Shown here in pieces: positions 9,573 through 20,064 of a DNA stretch of 64,000 nt. The DNA is taken from assembly GCA_965261595.1 (NCBI GenBank), contig CBDHDG010000006.1, positions 352,001 through 416,000 of the forward strand, in the 5' to 3' direction. The stretch comes from a bacterium. GTDB taxonomy: Bacteria; UBA8248; JACPRG01; G963555815. Each line of letters begins with the position of its first letter. Position 1 is the stretch's first letter. The translations under genes and the position numbers were made by a program. The notes under the pieces are model-generated. The model had not been told where the DNA came from, ran no database searches, and worked only from the letters and a program-made list of their open reading frames with translations.

Positions 9573-11362
9573 TGGAAAAAATCGAAACCCACGAATATGA
9601 CCTGATTGTCATCGGCGCGGGAGGCACGGGACTCCGGGCGGCCATCGAGGCGTCCGCCCAGGGGGTGTCCGTGTGCCTGGTGTGCAAATCCCTGCTGGGC
9701 AAGGCCCACACGGTGATGGCCGAGGGAGGCATCGCCGCGGCCCTGGCCGGCGTAGACCCCGAGGACAACTGGCAAACCCACTTCCGCGACACGATGCGCG
9801 GCGGCAAGATGCTGAACCAGTGGGAAATGGCGCGGGTCCACGCCCAGGATTCCCCGGACCGGGTCAAAGAGCTCGAGGCCTGGGGAGCGCTCTTCGACCG
9901 CACCCCGGAAGGCGGGATCCTCCAGCGCTCCTTCGGGGGCCACCGCTACCGAAGGCTCGCACACGTGGGCGACCGGACCGGGCTGGAGATGATCCGCACC
10001 CTTCAGGACCGGGGCGTCCACCTGGGCATCGACGTCTATATGGAGTGCACCATCACCCATCTCTTCAAGGACGGCGACCGGATCAGCGGGGCCCTGGGAT
10101 ACTGGCGGGAGAGCGGCCGGTTCGTTCTGTACAAGGCCAAGGCCGTCGTCGTGGCCACGGGCGGCATCGGGATGGCCTACAAGGTCACGTCCAACTCCTG
10201 GGAGTACACCGCCGACGGCATGGCGCTCGCCTACCGGGCGGGGGCCGAGCTGATTGACATGGAGTTCGTCCAGTTCCATCCCACCGGGATGATCTGGCCC
10301 CCGGGCGTCATGGGCATCCTCGTCACCGAGGGCGTTCGGGGGGACGGCGGGCTGCTCAAGAACAACAAGGGCGAGCGGTTCATGTTCAATTACATCCCGG
10401 ACATGTTCCGCTCGGAGACCGCCGAGACCGAAGAGGAGGCCAACCGCTCGCTGGCGGGAGACAAATCCGCGCGCCGCACGCCGGACCTGCTCACCCGCGA
10501 CGTGGTGGCCCGGGCCATTCTGAACGAAGTCAAAGAGGGCCGCGGCAGCGAGCACGGCGGGGCCTATCTGGACATCTCGCACAAGCCGGCCGAATACGTC
10601 AAGAGAAAGCTGCCCAGCATGTACATGCAGTTCATGGAGCTGGCGGACGTGGACATCACGCAGCAGGCCATGGAAGTCGGGCCGACCACCCACTACATCA
10701 TGGGGGGCGTCCGCGTCGAGGGAAAGACCACCGCCGCCACGGTCCCCGGCCTGTTCGCCGCGGGCGAGGCGGCCGGAGGGCTTCACGGCTCGAACCGCCT
10801 GGGCGGCAACTCGCTCTCCGACCTGCTGGTCTTCGGCCGGCTCGCCGGCCTGGCGGCCGCCGGGTACGCCAAAGACCTGAGCACCGCCCCGACGGTGGAT
10901 TCGGAAGAAGTGGATCGCGCCGCGGCGGAGGTCCTGGCGCCCTTCGAACGCCCCGACGGCGAGGACCCCTTCCAGATCCATCGCGAGCTTCGCGACCACA
11001 TGCAGGACAACGTGGGAATCATCCGCGACGCCGAAGGGCTCGAGCGCGGATTGGAGGGGCTGAGGGGGTTCAAGGAGCGGGCCGGCCGCGTGCGGGCCAC
11101 CGGCTCCCGGTTGTTCAACCCCGGCTGGCACCTGTGCGCCGACCTGAAAAACATGATCGAGGTCTGCGAGGCGATCGCGCTGTCCGCGCTCCGGAGGGAG
11201 GAGAGCCGGGGCGCCCACACCCGCGCCGACTATCCGGACAGCACGGAGGAGCAGGGGCGCGCCAACACCGTCATCAAGCTGGAAGGCGGAGAAATGAAGA
11301 TTGATTCCGTCCCCCTTCCCGAGATGCCCGACGAGCTCAAGAAGATGTTCGAGGAGAACTAG
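9572..11362 (+). CDS. sdhA: Succinate dehydrogenase/fumarate reductase flavoprotein
   Basis: GAGGTG, KAHTVMAEGG, EFVQFHPTG, TEGVRGDG, HYIMGG, HGSNRLGGNSL, ESRGAH; ATG 9572 (TGATG overlap). Confidence 0.95.
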   Translation: MEKIETHEYDLIVIGAGGTGLRAAIEASAQGVSVCLVCKSLLGKAHTVMAEGGIAAALAGVDPEDNWQTHFRDTMRGGKMLNQWEMARVHAQDSPDRVKELEAWGALFDRTPEGGILQRSFGGHRYRRLAHVGDRTGLEMIRTLQDRGVHLGIDVYMECTITHLFKDGDRISGALGYWRESGRFVLYKAKAVVVATGGIGMAYKVTSNSWEYTADGMALAYRAGAELIDMEFVQFHPTGMIWPPGVMGILVTEGVRGDGGLLKNNKGERFMFNYIPDMFRSETAETEEEANRSLAGDKSARRTPDLLTRDVVARAILNEVKEGRGSEHGGAYLDISHKPAEYVKRKLPSMYMQFMELADVDITQQAMEVGPTTHYIMGGVRVEGKTTAATVPGLFAAGEAAGGLHGSNRLGGNSLSDLLVFGRLAGLAAAGYAKDLSTAPTVDSEEVDRAAAEVLAPFERPDGEDPFQIHRELRDHMQDNVGIIRDAEGLERGLEGLRGFKERAGRVRATGSRLFNPGWHLCADLKNMIEVCEAIALSALRREESRGAHTRADYPDSTEEQGRANTVIKLEGGEMKIDSVPLPEMPDELKKMFEEN

Positions 11363-11365
11363 CCC

Positions 11366-12097
11366 ATGCATGAGGCCGTTCTGAGAGTTTTTCGAGGGGA
11401 TGCCCGGGGCGGAGAAGAAAAGGAATACCGCGTCCCGGTTGAAGAAGGCATGGTCGTCCTGGACGCCATCCTTTACATCCAGGGACACATCGAGCCGGAC
11501 TTGGCCGTCCGCTGGAACTGCAAGGCCGCCAAATGCGGATCGTGCAGCGCGGAGGTGAACGGCAAGCCGAGTCTGATGTGCAAAACCCGGATGGACGATC
11601 TCCCGGAGGAGGAGCCCATCACCGTCTATCCGATGAAGGCCTTCCCGATCATCAAAGACCTGGTAACGGACGTCTCGTGGAACTACGAGGTCAACAAGAA
11701 GATCGCCCCCTTCGCCCCGGACCCCGAGACCGATTGGAAGATGTACCAACCCGACGTGGACCGGGTCCAGGAGTTCAGAAAGTGCATCGAGTGCTTCCTC
11801 TGCCAGGACGTCTGCCACGTCCTGCGGACTCACGACCTAACGCCGCAGTTCTCCGGCCCCCGGCTCTTCGTGCGCATGGCCGGACTGGAGATGCACCCCC
11901 TGGACACGGCCTCCAGGCTGGAACACCTCAAGGACGAGGCGGGCATCGGGTTATGCAACATCACCAAGTGCTGCACCGAGGTCTGCCCGGAGGGGATCCA
12001 TATCACGGACAACGCCATCATCCCCCTCAAAGAGCGGGTGGTGGATGAGTATTACGACCCCATCCGGAAACTGTTCAAAAAGATCCTGGGAAGGTGA
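11366..12097 (+). CDS. sdhB: Succinate dehydrogenase iron-sulfur subunit
   Basis: WNCKAAKCGSC...C, CIECFLCQDVC, CNITKCCTEVCP. Confidence 0.95.
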   Translation: MHEAVLRVFRGDARGGEEKEYRVPVEEGMVVLDAILYIQGHIEPDLAVRWNCKAAKCGSCSAEVNGKPSLMCKTRMDDLPEEEPITVYPMKAFPIIKDLVTDVSWNYEVNKKIAPFAPDPETDWKMYQPDVDRVQEFRKCIECFLCQDVCHVLRTHDLTPQFSGPRLFVRMAGLEMHPLDTASRLEHLKDEAGIGLCNITKCCTEVCPEGIHITDNAIIPLKERVVDEYYDPIRKLFKKILGR

Positions 12098-12199
12098 CGG
12101 CGGGTGGGAAGGGGTCCGATCCGCGTGTGTAGTATCTGAAAATTAGTCGACACTTCATGAAATGCGGAGAAGATCGCTACGAGCGCCGGAGAAATTGAA

Positions 12200-12276
12200 G
12201 GCGGGCAGGATGCCCGCCCTACCGGTTTGAAATGCCGGCTTCCCGCCAATCGTCGGGCCGGGCGCCCTGCCCGGCC
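12200..12276. repeat. Inverted pair of GTAG-type REP-like palindromes
   Basis: 12200-12223 is the reverse complement of GGTAGGGCGGGCATCCTGCCCGCC; degenerate partner GTCGGGCCGGGCGCCCTGCCCGGCC at 12252-12276. Confidence 0.6.
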
Positions 12277-12356
12277 GGAGCCGCCGATGTGAGAGCATTG
12301 CGAACTCCTCTAACCTGAACGGGCTGAACACGACGGGTTCGTTCCGGGGCCATCGC

Positions 12357-13517
12357 ATGAAGATCCATGAATATCAAGGCAAAGAGATCCTCAAATCTTT
12401 CGGCATTCCCGTGCCCGAGGGCGGGGTGGCCGAAGCGCCCGCCGAAGCCAAAGCGATTGCCGAGCGCCTGAAAGGACGCGTCGTCGTCAAGGCGCAAATC
12501 CACGCGGGCGGACGCGGCAAGGGGGGCGGCGTCAAGCTGGCCGACACCCCGGCGGACGCGGAAGAGGCCGCGCGGAAAATCCTCGGCATGCGGCTCGTCA
12601 CCCCCCAAACCGGCGCGGAGGGGCAAAAGGTCAAAAAGGTCCTGGTGGAGGAAGCCTCGTCCATCGCCAAGGAGCTCTACGTGAGCGTGGTGATCGACCG
12701 GGCGCGGTCGGCCCCGGTCGTCATGGCCAGCGAGGCCGGCGGAATGGACATCGAAGAAGTGGCCCGGGAGACGCCGGAGAAGATTCTCACCGAAACCGCG
12801 GACCCGGCCTTCGGGCTTCAGGCTTTTCAGGCCCGCCGGCTGGCGCTCGGTCTGGGCCTGCCCAAAGAAACCCTGGGCGCGGCGTCGGAGTTTTTCCGGA
12901 ACCTGTATCGCATCTTCCAGGACAAGGACTGCTCCCTGGCGGAGATCAATCCGCTCGCCCTGATGGAAGACGGCAGGCTGCTGGCCCTGGACGCGAAGCT
13001 CAACTTCGACGACAACGCCCTGTACCGCCATGCCGATGTGGCCGGACTCCGGGACACGGACGAGGAGGCGCCCCTGGAGGTCGAGGCCTCCAAGCACGAC
13101 CTGAATTACATCAAGCTGGACGGCGAGGTGGGCTGCATGGTCAACGGGGCGGGCCTCGCCATGGCCACGATGGATATCGTCAAGATGGCCGGGTCTTCGC
13201 CCGCGAACTTCCTGGACGTGGGCGGCGGCGCCAGCCGGGAAATGGTCGAAAACGCCTTCCGCATCCTGATGGACGACGAGGCGGTCCGGGCGGTGTTCAT
13301 CAACATCTTCGGCGGCATCATGCGGTGCGACGTGCTGGCCCAGGGCGTGGTGGACGCGGTGCGAAAGCTCGAGGTGAAAGTCCCGGTCATCATCCGGATG
13401 GAAGGGACGAACGTGGAGGAAGGACGAAAGATCCTGGCGGATTCGGGCCTGAACTTCACGGTGGGCGCCGATATGCGGGACGCGGCACAGAAGGTTGTAG
13501 AAGCGCTGAAAAGGTAA
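12357..13517 (+). CDS. sucC: Succinyl-CoA synthetase beta subunit
   Basis: MKIHEYQGK, KAQIHAGGRGKGGGV, CMVNGAGLAMATMD, NIFGGIMRCD. Confidence 0.98.
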   Translation: MKIHEYQGKEILKSFGIPVPEGGVAEAPAEAKAIAERLKGRVVVKAQIHAGGRGKGGGVKLADTPADAEEAARKILGMRLVTPQTGAEGQKVKKVLVEEASSIAKELYVSVVIDRARSAPVVMASEAGGMDIEEVARETPEKILTETADPAFGLQAFQARRLALGLGLPKETLGAASEFFRNLYRIFQDKDCSLAEINPLALMEDGRLLALDAKLNFDDNALYRHADVAGLRDTDEEAPLEVEASKHDLNYIKLDGEVGCMVNGAGLAMATMDIVKMAGSSPANFLDVGGGASREMVENAFRILMDDEAVRAVFINIFGGIMRCDVLAQGVVDAVRKLEVKVPVIIRMEGTNVEEGRKILADSGLNFTVGADMRDAAQKVVEALKR

Positions 13518-13710
13518 AGGTCCCAGGGGGGGCGCTTGAGTGCCGGCCAAGCTGCGGATGAAGGTGCTTGTGTTTATCACTGGCGTGGTCGGCGCACATC
13601 ATCTGTGAGTTGTTCAACCAGACACGCCAGTGGCGAATTCTAACGCCGCGTGTCTCGCCCCCCGCAACTTTCCTTTTGCGCTCGGTGCTTGAGAACAGGA
13701 GAGTCATTGG

Positions 13711-14604
13711 ATGAGTGTTCTCGTTGGCCGTGAGACGCGGATTGTCGTTCAGGGGATGGGCCGGCACGGCCGGTTTCACGCGGCCCGCTGTCTGGAGTAC
13801 GGGATAGAGAACGGGATCGAAGCCCAGGTCGTCGCGGGCGTCACGCCCGGCAAGGGGGGCGAGGAGGCCAAATCCATCCCGATCTTCGACACCGTCGCGG
13901 ACGCCTTGGCGGAGACCGGGGCGAACGCCTCGCTGGTCTTCGTCCCGCCCGCCGGCGCCGCGGACGCCATCATGGAATCCGCCGATGCCGGGTTGCCCCT
14001 GTGCGTGTGCGTCACCGAGGGCATACCCGCCCTGGACATGCTTCGGGTGCGGGATTTCCTCAAAGACCGGAAGACGCGGCTCGTAGGCCCCAACTGTCCG
14101 GGCGTCATCTCTCCCGGCGGCTGCAAGATGGGGATCATGCCGGGGCACATTCACAAATCCGGAAAGGTGGGCGTCGTCTCGCGCAGCGGGACCCTCTCCT
14201 ACGAGGCGGTGGGGCAGTTGACCGCCCTGGACATCGGGCAATCGACGTGCATCGGAATCGGCGGGGACCCCATCATCGGGACGACGTTCGTGGACGCCCT
14301 GACCCTGTTCCAGAATGATCCGGAGACCGAGGCCGTTATCCTGATTGGAGAGATCGGCGGGAGCGCCGAGGAGGAGGCGGCGGCGTTCATTCGCTCCGGC
14401 GAGTTCAACAAACCGGCCGTCGGATTCATCGCCGGCCGGACGGCGCCGCCGGGCCGGCGGATGGGCCACGCGGGGGCCATCATCTCCGGGGGCAAGGGGA
14501 CGGCCGCCGATAAGATGGCCGCCCTCGAGGCGGCGAACGTATCGGTTTGCGAGAGCCCGGCCGATATGGGAAGCCGCATGGCGGAGGTGCTGAATCGACG
14601 CTGA
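13711..14604 (+). CDS. sucD: Succinyl-CoA synthetase alpha subunit
   Basis: [35 protein letters not shown]. Confidence 0.97.
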   Translation: MSVLVGRETRIVVQGMGRHGRFHAARCLEYGIENGIEAQVVAGVTPGKGGEEAKSIPIFDTVADALAETGANASLVFVPPAGAADAIMESADAGLPLCVCVTEGIPALDMLRVRDFLKDRKTRLVGPNCPGVISPGGCKMGIMPGHIHKSGKVGVVSRSGTLSYEAVGQLTALDIGQSTCIGIGGDPIIGTTFVDALTLFQNDPETEAVILIGEIGGSAEEEAAAFIRSGEFNKPAVGFIAGRTAPPGRRMGHAGAIISGGKGTAADKMAALEAANVSVCESPADMGSRMAEVLNRR

Positions 14605-14890
14605 CGGGTTGAATCCTCCGTTCGCGCGCGTATATTGAACTGGACAAAAAGGTTCCGCGCTGATTGCGCGCTTCAGGGAAACCGCGCGTGCGCCGATAAG
14701 CCTTTAAGAGAAAACGGCCGGGAGCCGTTTGTCGATGTCGGGGTTTGAACGTTTTCCAGGCATGTGGTACCGTGAAGATTCACCTGCCAAAACCCGAGCG
14801 GAGGAGGCTCGCGCCTCATCGCGGAGGTCGGCGCCGGGAAGGGGACGGTTTCTCTTTCTTCTGTCGAATGCTACGGGGGAAGTTTAGGAG

Positions 14891-16771
14891 ATGAGCAATA
14901 CAGTCGAAACAGACCACGGAGGGAACGGGGGCGCCGCGCCCCAGAAGGGCGTAGAGACGCTGGAGATGGTGGCCATCCGTTTCGCCGGAGACTCGGGAGA
15001 CGGAATGCAGCTTGCCGGAACGCGGTTCACGAACGCGACGGCGCTCGCCGGCAACGACCTCAGCACCCTGCCGGACTTTCCGGCGGAGATCCGGGCGCCC
15101 GCGGGCACGCTGGAGGGGGTGAGCGGATTTCAGATCAATTTCAGCAGCCACGACATCCACACCCCCGGAGACAGCCCCGATGTCCTGGTGGCCATGAATC
15201 CGGCGGCTCTGCGGGCCAACCTGGGCGACCTCAAGCGCGGGGGCATGCTCATCCTCAACACCTCCGCGTTCAACGCCAAGGCCTACGCCAAGGCGGACTA
15301 CGCGTCCGATCCCCTGACCGACGGCTCCCTGGACGGATACCGCGTCTTCGAGGTCGACATCACCAAAATGACCCAGGCCGCGCTGAAGGACATGGGACTC
15401 CAACCCAGCGTCATGGACCGCAGCAAGAATCTTTTCGCCCTCGGCATGATGTTCTGGATGTATCAGCGCCCCATGAACAACACCATCGAGTGGATCAAAG
15501 AGAAATTCAAGAACCGGGAGGAAATCGTCGAGGCCAACCTCCGGGCGCTGCACGCCGGATTCCATTTCGGCGAAAACACGGAAATCTTCCAGACCTCCTA
15601 TCTCGTCAAGGAAGCCCACCTTCCGCCCGGAACGTACCGCAACATCACAGGCAACGAATCGGTGGCCAAGGGGTTCATCGCCGCGGCGAGGCTGGCGGGG
15701 CTCCGCTTGGTGTACGGAAGCTACCCCATCACCCCCGCCAGCGACGTGCTTCACGAGCTCTCCCGTTACAAGAATTATAACGTCATCACCATCCAGGCCG
15801 AGGACGAGATCGCGGCCGTTTCCGCCGCCATCGGCGCCTCGTTCTCGGGCGCGCTGGGCGTGACGGGCACCAGCGGCCCGGGCCTGGCTCTCAAGTCCGA
15901 GGCCATGAACCTGGCGGTCATGACCGAGCTCCCCTTGGTCGTCCTGGACGTCCAGCGCGGCGGCCCCAGCACGGGGCTTCCCACCAAGACCGAACAGGCC
16001 GACCTCCTCCAGGCCCTTTACGGGCGGAACAGCGATTCACCCATCCCCGTCGTGGCCGCTACCACCCCGGGCGATTGCTTCTTCGCGGCGATTGAGGCCT
16101 CCCGGATCGCCCTCAAGTACATGACGCCGGTGGTCCTGCTCACCGACGGCTATCTGGCCAACGGGTCCGAGCCCTGGAGCATCCCCCCGGTGGAGAGCCT
16201 GCCGAAGCTGGATATCGAATTCCGCACCGATCCTGAAGGATTCCTGCCCTATCTCCGGGACCCGGAAACCCTGGCGCGGCCCTGGGCGATACCCGGAACG
16301 CCGGGACTGGAGCACCGGATCGGAGGAATCGAGAAGGAGGACGGAACGGGCGCCCTCAGCTACGACCCGGTCAACCACGAGAAAATGGTCCGGATCCGCG
16401 CGGCGAAAATCGCGGGCATCGCCAAAGACATTCCCCCGGCGGAAGTCGTGGGCGAGGAAACGGGCAAGCTGCTCGTCATCGGTTGGGGGAGCACATACGG
16501 AGCCATCACCACGGCCATCAGCGTCCTCCAGGCGCGGGGGGCCCCGGTGTCCTACGTTCACTTGCGGCATCTCAACCCGTTCCCGGAAAATCTCGGCAAG
16601 GTCATCTCGAGCTTCGACCGGGTGCTCATCCCCGAGATGAACATGGGGCAGCTCTTGTTGATCGTCCGGGCCGAGTTCCTTGTGGACGCCGTCGGTTTCA
16701 ACAAGATCCAGGGGCAACCCTTCAAGATATCCGAGCTCGTGGACAAGATTGAGGAGGTGCTTGCGTCATGA
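14891..16771 (+). CDS. korA: 2-oxoacid:ferredoxin oxidoreductase alpha subunit (probably 2-oxoglutarate)
   Basis: FAGDSGDGMQL, PAEIRAPAG, SYPITPAS, QAEDEIA, QRGGPSTGLPT. Confidence 0.92.
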   Translation: MSNTVETDHGGNGGAAPQKGVETLEMVAIRFAGDSGDGMQLAGTRFTNATALAGNDLSTLPDFPAEIRAPAGTLEGVSGFQINFSSHDIHTPGDSPDVLVAMNPAALRANLGDLKRGGMLILNTSAFNAKAYAKADYASDPLTDGSLDGYRVFEVDITKMTQAALKDMGLQPSVMDRSKNLFALGMMFWMYQRPMNNTIEWIKEKFKNREEIVEANLRALHAGFHFGENTEIFQTSYLVKEAHLPPGTYRNITGNESVAKGFIAAARLAGLRLVYGSYPITPASDVLHELSRYKNYNVITIQAEDEIAAVSAAIGASFSGALGVTGTSGPGLALKSEAMNLAVMTELPLVVLDVQRGGPSTGLPTKTEQADLLQALYGRNSDSPIPVVAATTPGDCFFAAIEASRIALKYMTPVVLLTDGYLANGSEPWSIPPVESLPKLDIEFRTDPEGFLPYLRDPETLARPWAIPGTPGLEHRIGGIEKEDGTGALSYDPVNHEKMVRIRAAKIAGIAKDIPPAEVVGEETGKLLVIGWGSTYGAITTAISVLQARGAPVSYVHLRHLNPFPENLGKVISSFDRVLIPEMNMGQLLLIVRAEFLVDAVGFNKIQGQPFKISELVDKIEEVLAS

Positions 16772-17784
16772 GCACGGAAACGGAAAAACTCACCAAAAAG
16801 GATTTCACCTCGGACCAGGTCGTCAGGTGGTGTCCGGGTTGCGGCGACTACGCCATCCTGGCGCAAGTGCAGGCCATTTTCCCGGACTTCGGGATTCCCC
16901 GGGAGAAGGTCGCTTTCGTCTCGGGAATCGGCTGCGCGGCCCGGTTCCCCTACTACATGAACACCTACGGGTTCCACTCCATCCACGGCCGGGCGCCGGC
17001 CTTCGCCACGGGCCTCAAAACGGCCAACCCGGACCTCTCCGTCTGGGTGGTGAGCGGGGACGGGGACGCCCTGTCCATCGGGGGCAATCACCTTCTCCAC
17101 ATTCTTCGCCGCAACGTCGATGTGAAGATCCTCCTGTTCAACAACCGGATATACGGCCTGACCAAGGGGCAGTACTCTCCCACCTCGGAGCTCGGCAAGA
17201 AAACCAAGTCCACGCCGATGGGCTCGGTGGACACGCCGCTCAACCCCGTCTCCGTCGCGCTCGGCGCGGAGGCCACGTTCGTCGCCCGGACGGTGGACCG
17301 GGACGTGAAGCACATGAGAGAGGTCATCCGACAGGCCGCCGCCCACAAGGGAACGGCCTTCGTCGAGATCCTCCAGAACTGCCCCGTCTTCAACGATGGC
17401 GTCTTTTTCAACCTGACCGAGAAGGCCACCAAAGAGACCGACGGCATCCGCCTCGACATCGGACAGCCGGCCGTCTACGGGCCGAAAGACAACCTGATGG
17501 GCCTCCGGTTGAACGGGCTGAAACTCGAGTCCGTCCCGGTCAACGGAGACACCGACGGATTGCTCGTGCACGATCCGCACGCCGCCGACCCCACCCTGGC
17601 GTTTATGATCGGCCAGATGCACAACCACGGCCTCCCGGTCGCCCTGGGCGTCCTCCGCGCCGTGGAAAGACCCTGCTACGACACCCTCGTGAACGACCAG
17701 GTCCAGCAAGCCATTCAGTCCAAGGGGGAAGGCGACCTCGAAGCGCTCCTGAACGACGGAGATTCCTGGACGGTGTCCCCGTAG
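16768..17784 (+). CDS. korB: 2-oxoacid:ferredoxin oxidoreductase beta subunit
   Basis: [26 protein letters not shown]-binding motif, [11 protein letters not shown]. Confidence 0.92.
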   Translation: MSTETEKLTKKDFTSDQVVRWCPGCGDYAILAQVQAIFPDFGIPREKVAFVSGIGCAARFPYYMNTYGFHSIHGRAPAFATGLKTANPDLSVWVVSGDGDALSIGGNHLLHILRRNVDVKILLFNNRIYGLTKGQYSPTSELGKKTKSTPMGSVDTPLNPVSVALGAEATFVARTVDRDVKHMREVIRQAAAHKGTAFVEILQNCPVFNDGVFFNLTEKATKETDGIRLDIGQPAVYGPKDNLMGLRLNGLKLESVPVNGDTDGLLVHDPHAADPTLAFMIGQMHNHGLPVALGVLRAVERPCYDTLVNDQVQQAIQSKGEGDLEALLNDGDSWTVSP

Positions 17785-17893
17785 TCTCCGCGTCCCGAAG
17801 GTCCGTTCGAACCCCGCCGCAAGGGAAATCCGCACCGGGTTTCCCTTGTGTTTTTCCCGATGCCTGGAAGCGATTTGCAGGGAGCCGAGTTTC

Positions 17894-18307
17894 ATGGAAA
17901 ACACGTTCGCCATCATCAAGCCCGACGCCGTGGGCCGCAAGCTGACCGGCCGGATCCTCGACCGGATCGAAGCGGCCGGCTTCCGGATTCGCGCCCTGCG
18001 CCTCCTGCGCCTGACCCGGGCCGAGGCCGAGGGGTTTTACGCCGTCCACCGGGAACGGCCCTTTTTCGCCGGCCTGACCGAGTTCATGTCTTCCGGGCCC
18101 TGCGCGGCGATGGTCCTGGAGAAGGAGGACGCCATCGCGGCCTGGCGCCGTCTCATGGGGGCCACGAACCCGGAGGAGGCCGAGGAGGGCACCCTTCGAA
18201 AGGAATTCGCCGAGAACATCGAGCGCAACTGCGTCCACGGAAGCGATGCCCCCGAGACAGCGGCGTTCGAAACCGCGTACTTCTTCAGGGCCCTGGACAA
18301 GGTGTAA
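17894..18307 (+). CDS. ndk: Nucleoside diphosphate kinase
   Basis: [26 protein letters not shown] 17894. Confidence 0.97.
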   Translation: MENTFAIIKPDAVGRKLTGRILDRIEAAGFRIRALRLLRLTRAEAEGFYAVHRERPFFAGLTEFMSSGPCAAMVLEKEDAIAAWRRLMGATNPEEAEEGTLRKEFAENIERNCVHGSDAPETAAFETAYFFRALDKV

Positions 18308-18506
18308 GGGAAGCCCTGGGGGGAGGGGGGGGGAAGAGTCCGTCCTCAAGCTCCGGGGCGGATGGACCGCCTCGTCGAACCGCCCAAGCGTAAATCGACT
18401 TCCGCGCCCGCCCGGGAGTCTCCATGACTGAAAGTGGATTGGAACGCCGCACAGGGGTTCCACCGGGCGAAATCCAACGGCCGGAATGACTTCCTTCCCG
18501 CCCGCC

Positions 18507-18535
18507 TTGAATCTCAAAACCCTTTGATTTAGAGT
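18507..18535 (+). promoter_or_regulatory. Putative sigma70 promoter of the glycan cluster
   Basis: TTGAAT-17 bp-TAGAGT. Confidence 0.4.
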
Positions 18536-18656
18536 GTCCTCGCAGGCATGAGCGCGGGTCGGCCGGAAGCGGACCGGGCCCGACCGCACGGAGAACGGGC
18601 GGCTCGCCGGGTCCTCCCGGCGATTTCTCATTTCAACCTTTTATCGGGTTTAGCGA

Positions 18657-19340
18657 ATGCGCGCGGTCATTCTGGCGGGCGGGCTGGGAACGAGGCTCCG
18701 GCCTCTCACGTTCTCGATCCCCAAGCCCATCCTCCCCGTGGGGGAAAAGCCGATCCTCGAGATCATCCTCGACCGGCTCAAGGGATTCGGCTTCCATGAA
18801 TTCATCCTCTCCGTCGGATACCGGGCCGAGCTCATCGAAACCTACTTCGGCGACGGCGCGCACTTCGACACGAAAATCCATTACCTGAAAGAAGAAAAGC
18901 CCACGGGCACGGCCGGCGCTCTCCACTTGCTCCACCAGGGCTTCGACATCGCCCGGGACGAGACTTTCCTCCTCATGAACGGCGACGTCCTGACCGAGCT
19001 CGACTTCCACCGCTTCATCGACGCCCACAAGTCCGAAAGGTTCGAGCTCAGCGTGGGCGTCAAGGAGATCGAGCGCCAGCTCCCTTACGGCGTCCTCGAG
19101 GTCGAAGGCCGCCTCGTCCGGCGGATCGTTGAAAAACCCGTCTCGCGGTACCTCATCTCGGCCGGCATCTACCTGCTTCAGGGAAGCGTCCTCCCCCTGG
19201 TCCCGGCCGACACCTACTTCACCCTGCCGGACCTCGTGGAACGCCTGGTGGGGGAGAACCGGCGCGTCGGGAGCCATCTCATCCGGGAATTCTGGCTGGC
19301 CGTGGAGCACCCGGATGACATGGAAGAGGCCCGGTCCTGA
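18657..19340 (+). CDS. Sugar-phosphate nucleotidyltransferase
   Basis: ILAGGLGTRLRPLT...PKP, EEKPTGTAGAL, MNGDVL, EKP. Confidence 0.9.
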   Translation: MRAVILAGGLGTRLRPLTFSIPKPILPVGEKPILEIILDRLKGFGFHEFILSVGYRAELIETYFGDGAHFDTKIHYLKEEKPTGTAGALHLLHQGFDIARDETFLLMNGDVLTELDFHRFIDAHKSERFELSVGVKEIERQLPYGVLEVEGRLVRRIVEKPVSRYLISAGIYLLQGSVLPLVPADTYFTLPDLVERLVGENRRVGSHLIREFWLAVEHPDDMEEARS

Positions 19341-19357
19341 ATCGAGGCGGGCTCGGG

Positions 19358-20056
19358 ATGAGTCTCTCGCTGCGAAAACTTTCCATCATCATTCCCGTTT
19401 ACAACGAGCGAGACACCATCGAGGAGGTCATCCGCCGGGTCCTGGCCGTGGACATCGGCCTTGAGCGCGAGATCATCATCCTGGACGGCGACTCCACCGA
19501 CGGGACCCGGGAGTTCCTGGAGACCCTCCGGGAGGAACAGGTTCGGGTGATCTTCGAAAAGGATCGGGGCGGCAAAGGCGCGGCCGTCCGGCGCGGCTTC
19601 GGCGAGGCCACGGGCGACATCGTCATCATCCAGGACGCCGACCTGGAATTGGATCCGTCCGAATATCCGGACCTTCTGGCCCCCATCCTCCGGGGCGACG
19701 CGAAAGCCGTTTACGGGAGCCGGTTCACCAACGGAAGGGGCGCGACGTCCCTCGGAAGCTACATCGGCAATCTGACCATCACCTGGGCGACCAACCTCCT
19801 CTTCTTCGCCCGGCTCACCGACATCGCGACCGGCTACAAGGTCATCCGCAGGGATGTCCTCGACACCCTGAGCCTTTCGTGCAACGGCTTCGATTTCGAC
19901 GCCGAAATCACCAACAAGCTCCTCAAGGCGGGCGTCCGCATTCACGAGGTCCCCGTCTCCTATGCGCCCCGCGACCACCAGGCCGGAAAGAAGCTTCACT
20001 GGTCCGAAGGTTTGCGGGTTCTGCTGGCGATCCTGAGAAACCGCTTCACCGACTGA
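19358..20056 (+). CDS. GT2 glycosyltransferase (DPM1-like polyprenol-phosphate type)
   Basis: IIIPVYNE, DGDSTDGT, GKGAA, IQDADLE, YGSRF. Confidence 0.92.
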   Translation: MSLSLRKLSIIIPVYNERDTIEEVIRRVLAVDIGLEREIIILDGDSTDGTREFLETLREEQVRVIFEKDRGGKGAAVRRGFGEATGDIVIIQDADLELDPSEYPDLLAPILRGDAKAVYGSRFTNGRGATSLGSYIGNLTITWATNLLFFARLTDIATGYKVIRRDVLDTLSLSCNGFDFDAEITNKLLKAGVRIHEVPVSYAPRDHQAGKKLHWSEGLRVLLAILRNRFTD

Positions 20057-20064
20057 CCGACGCC

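Noticed and set aside
13518..13710. Unusually long sucC-sucD spacer
   Set aside because: No convincing ORF, repeat or RNA motif seen.
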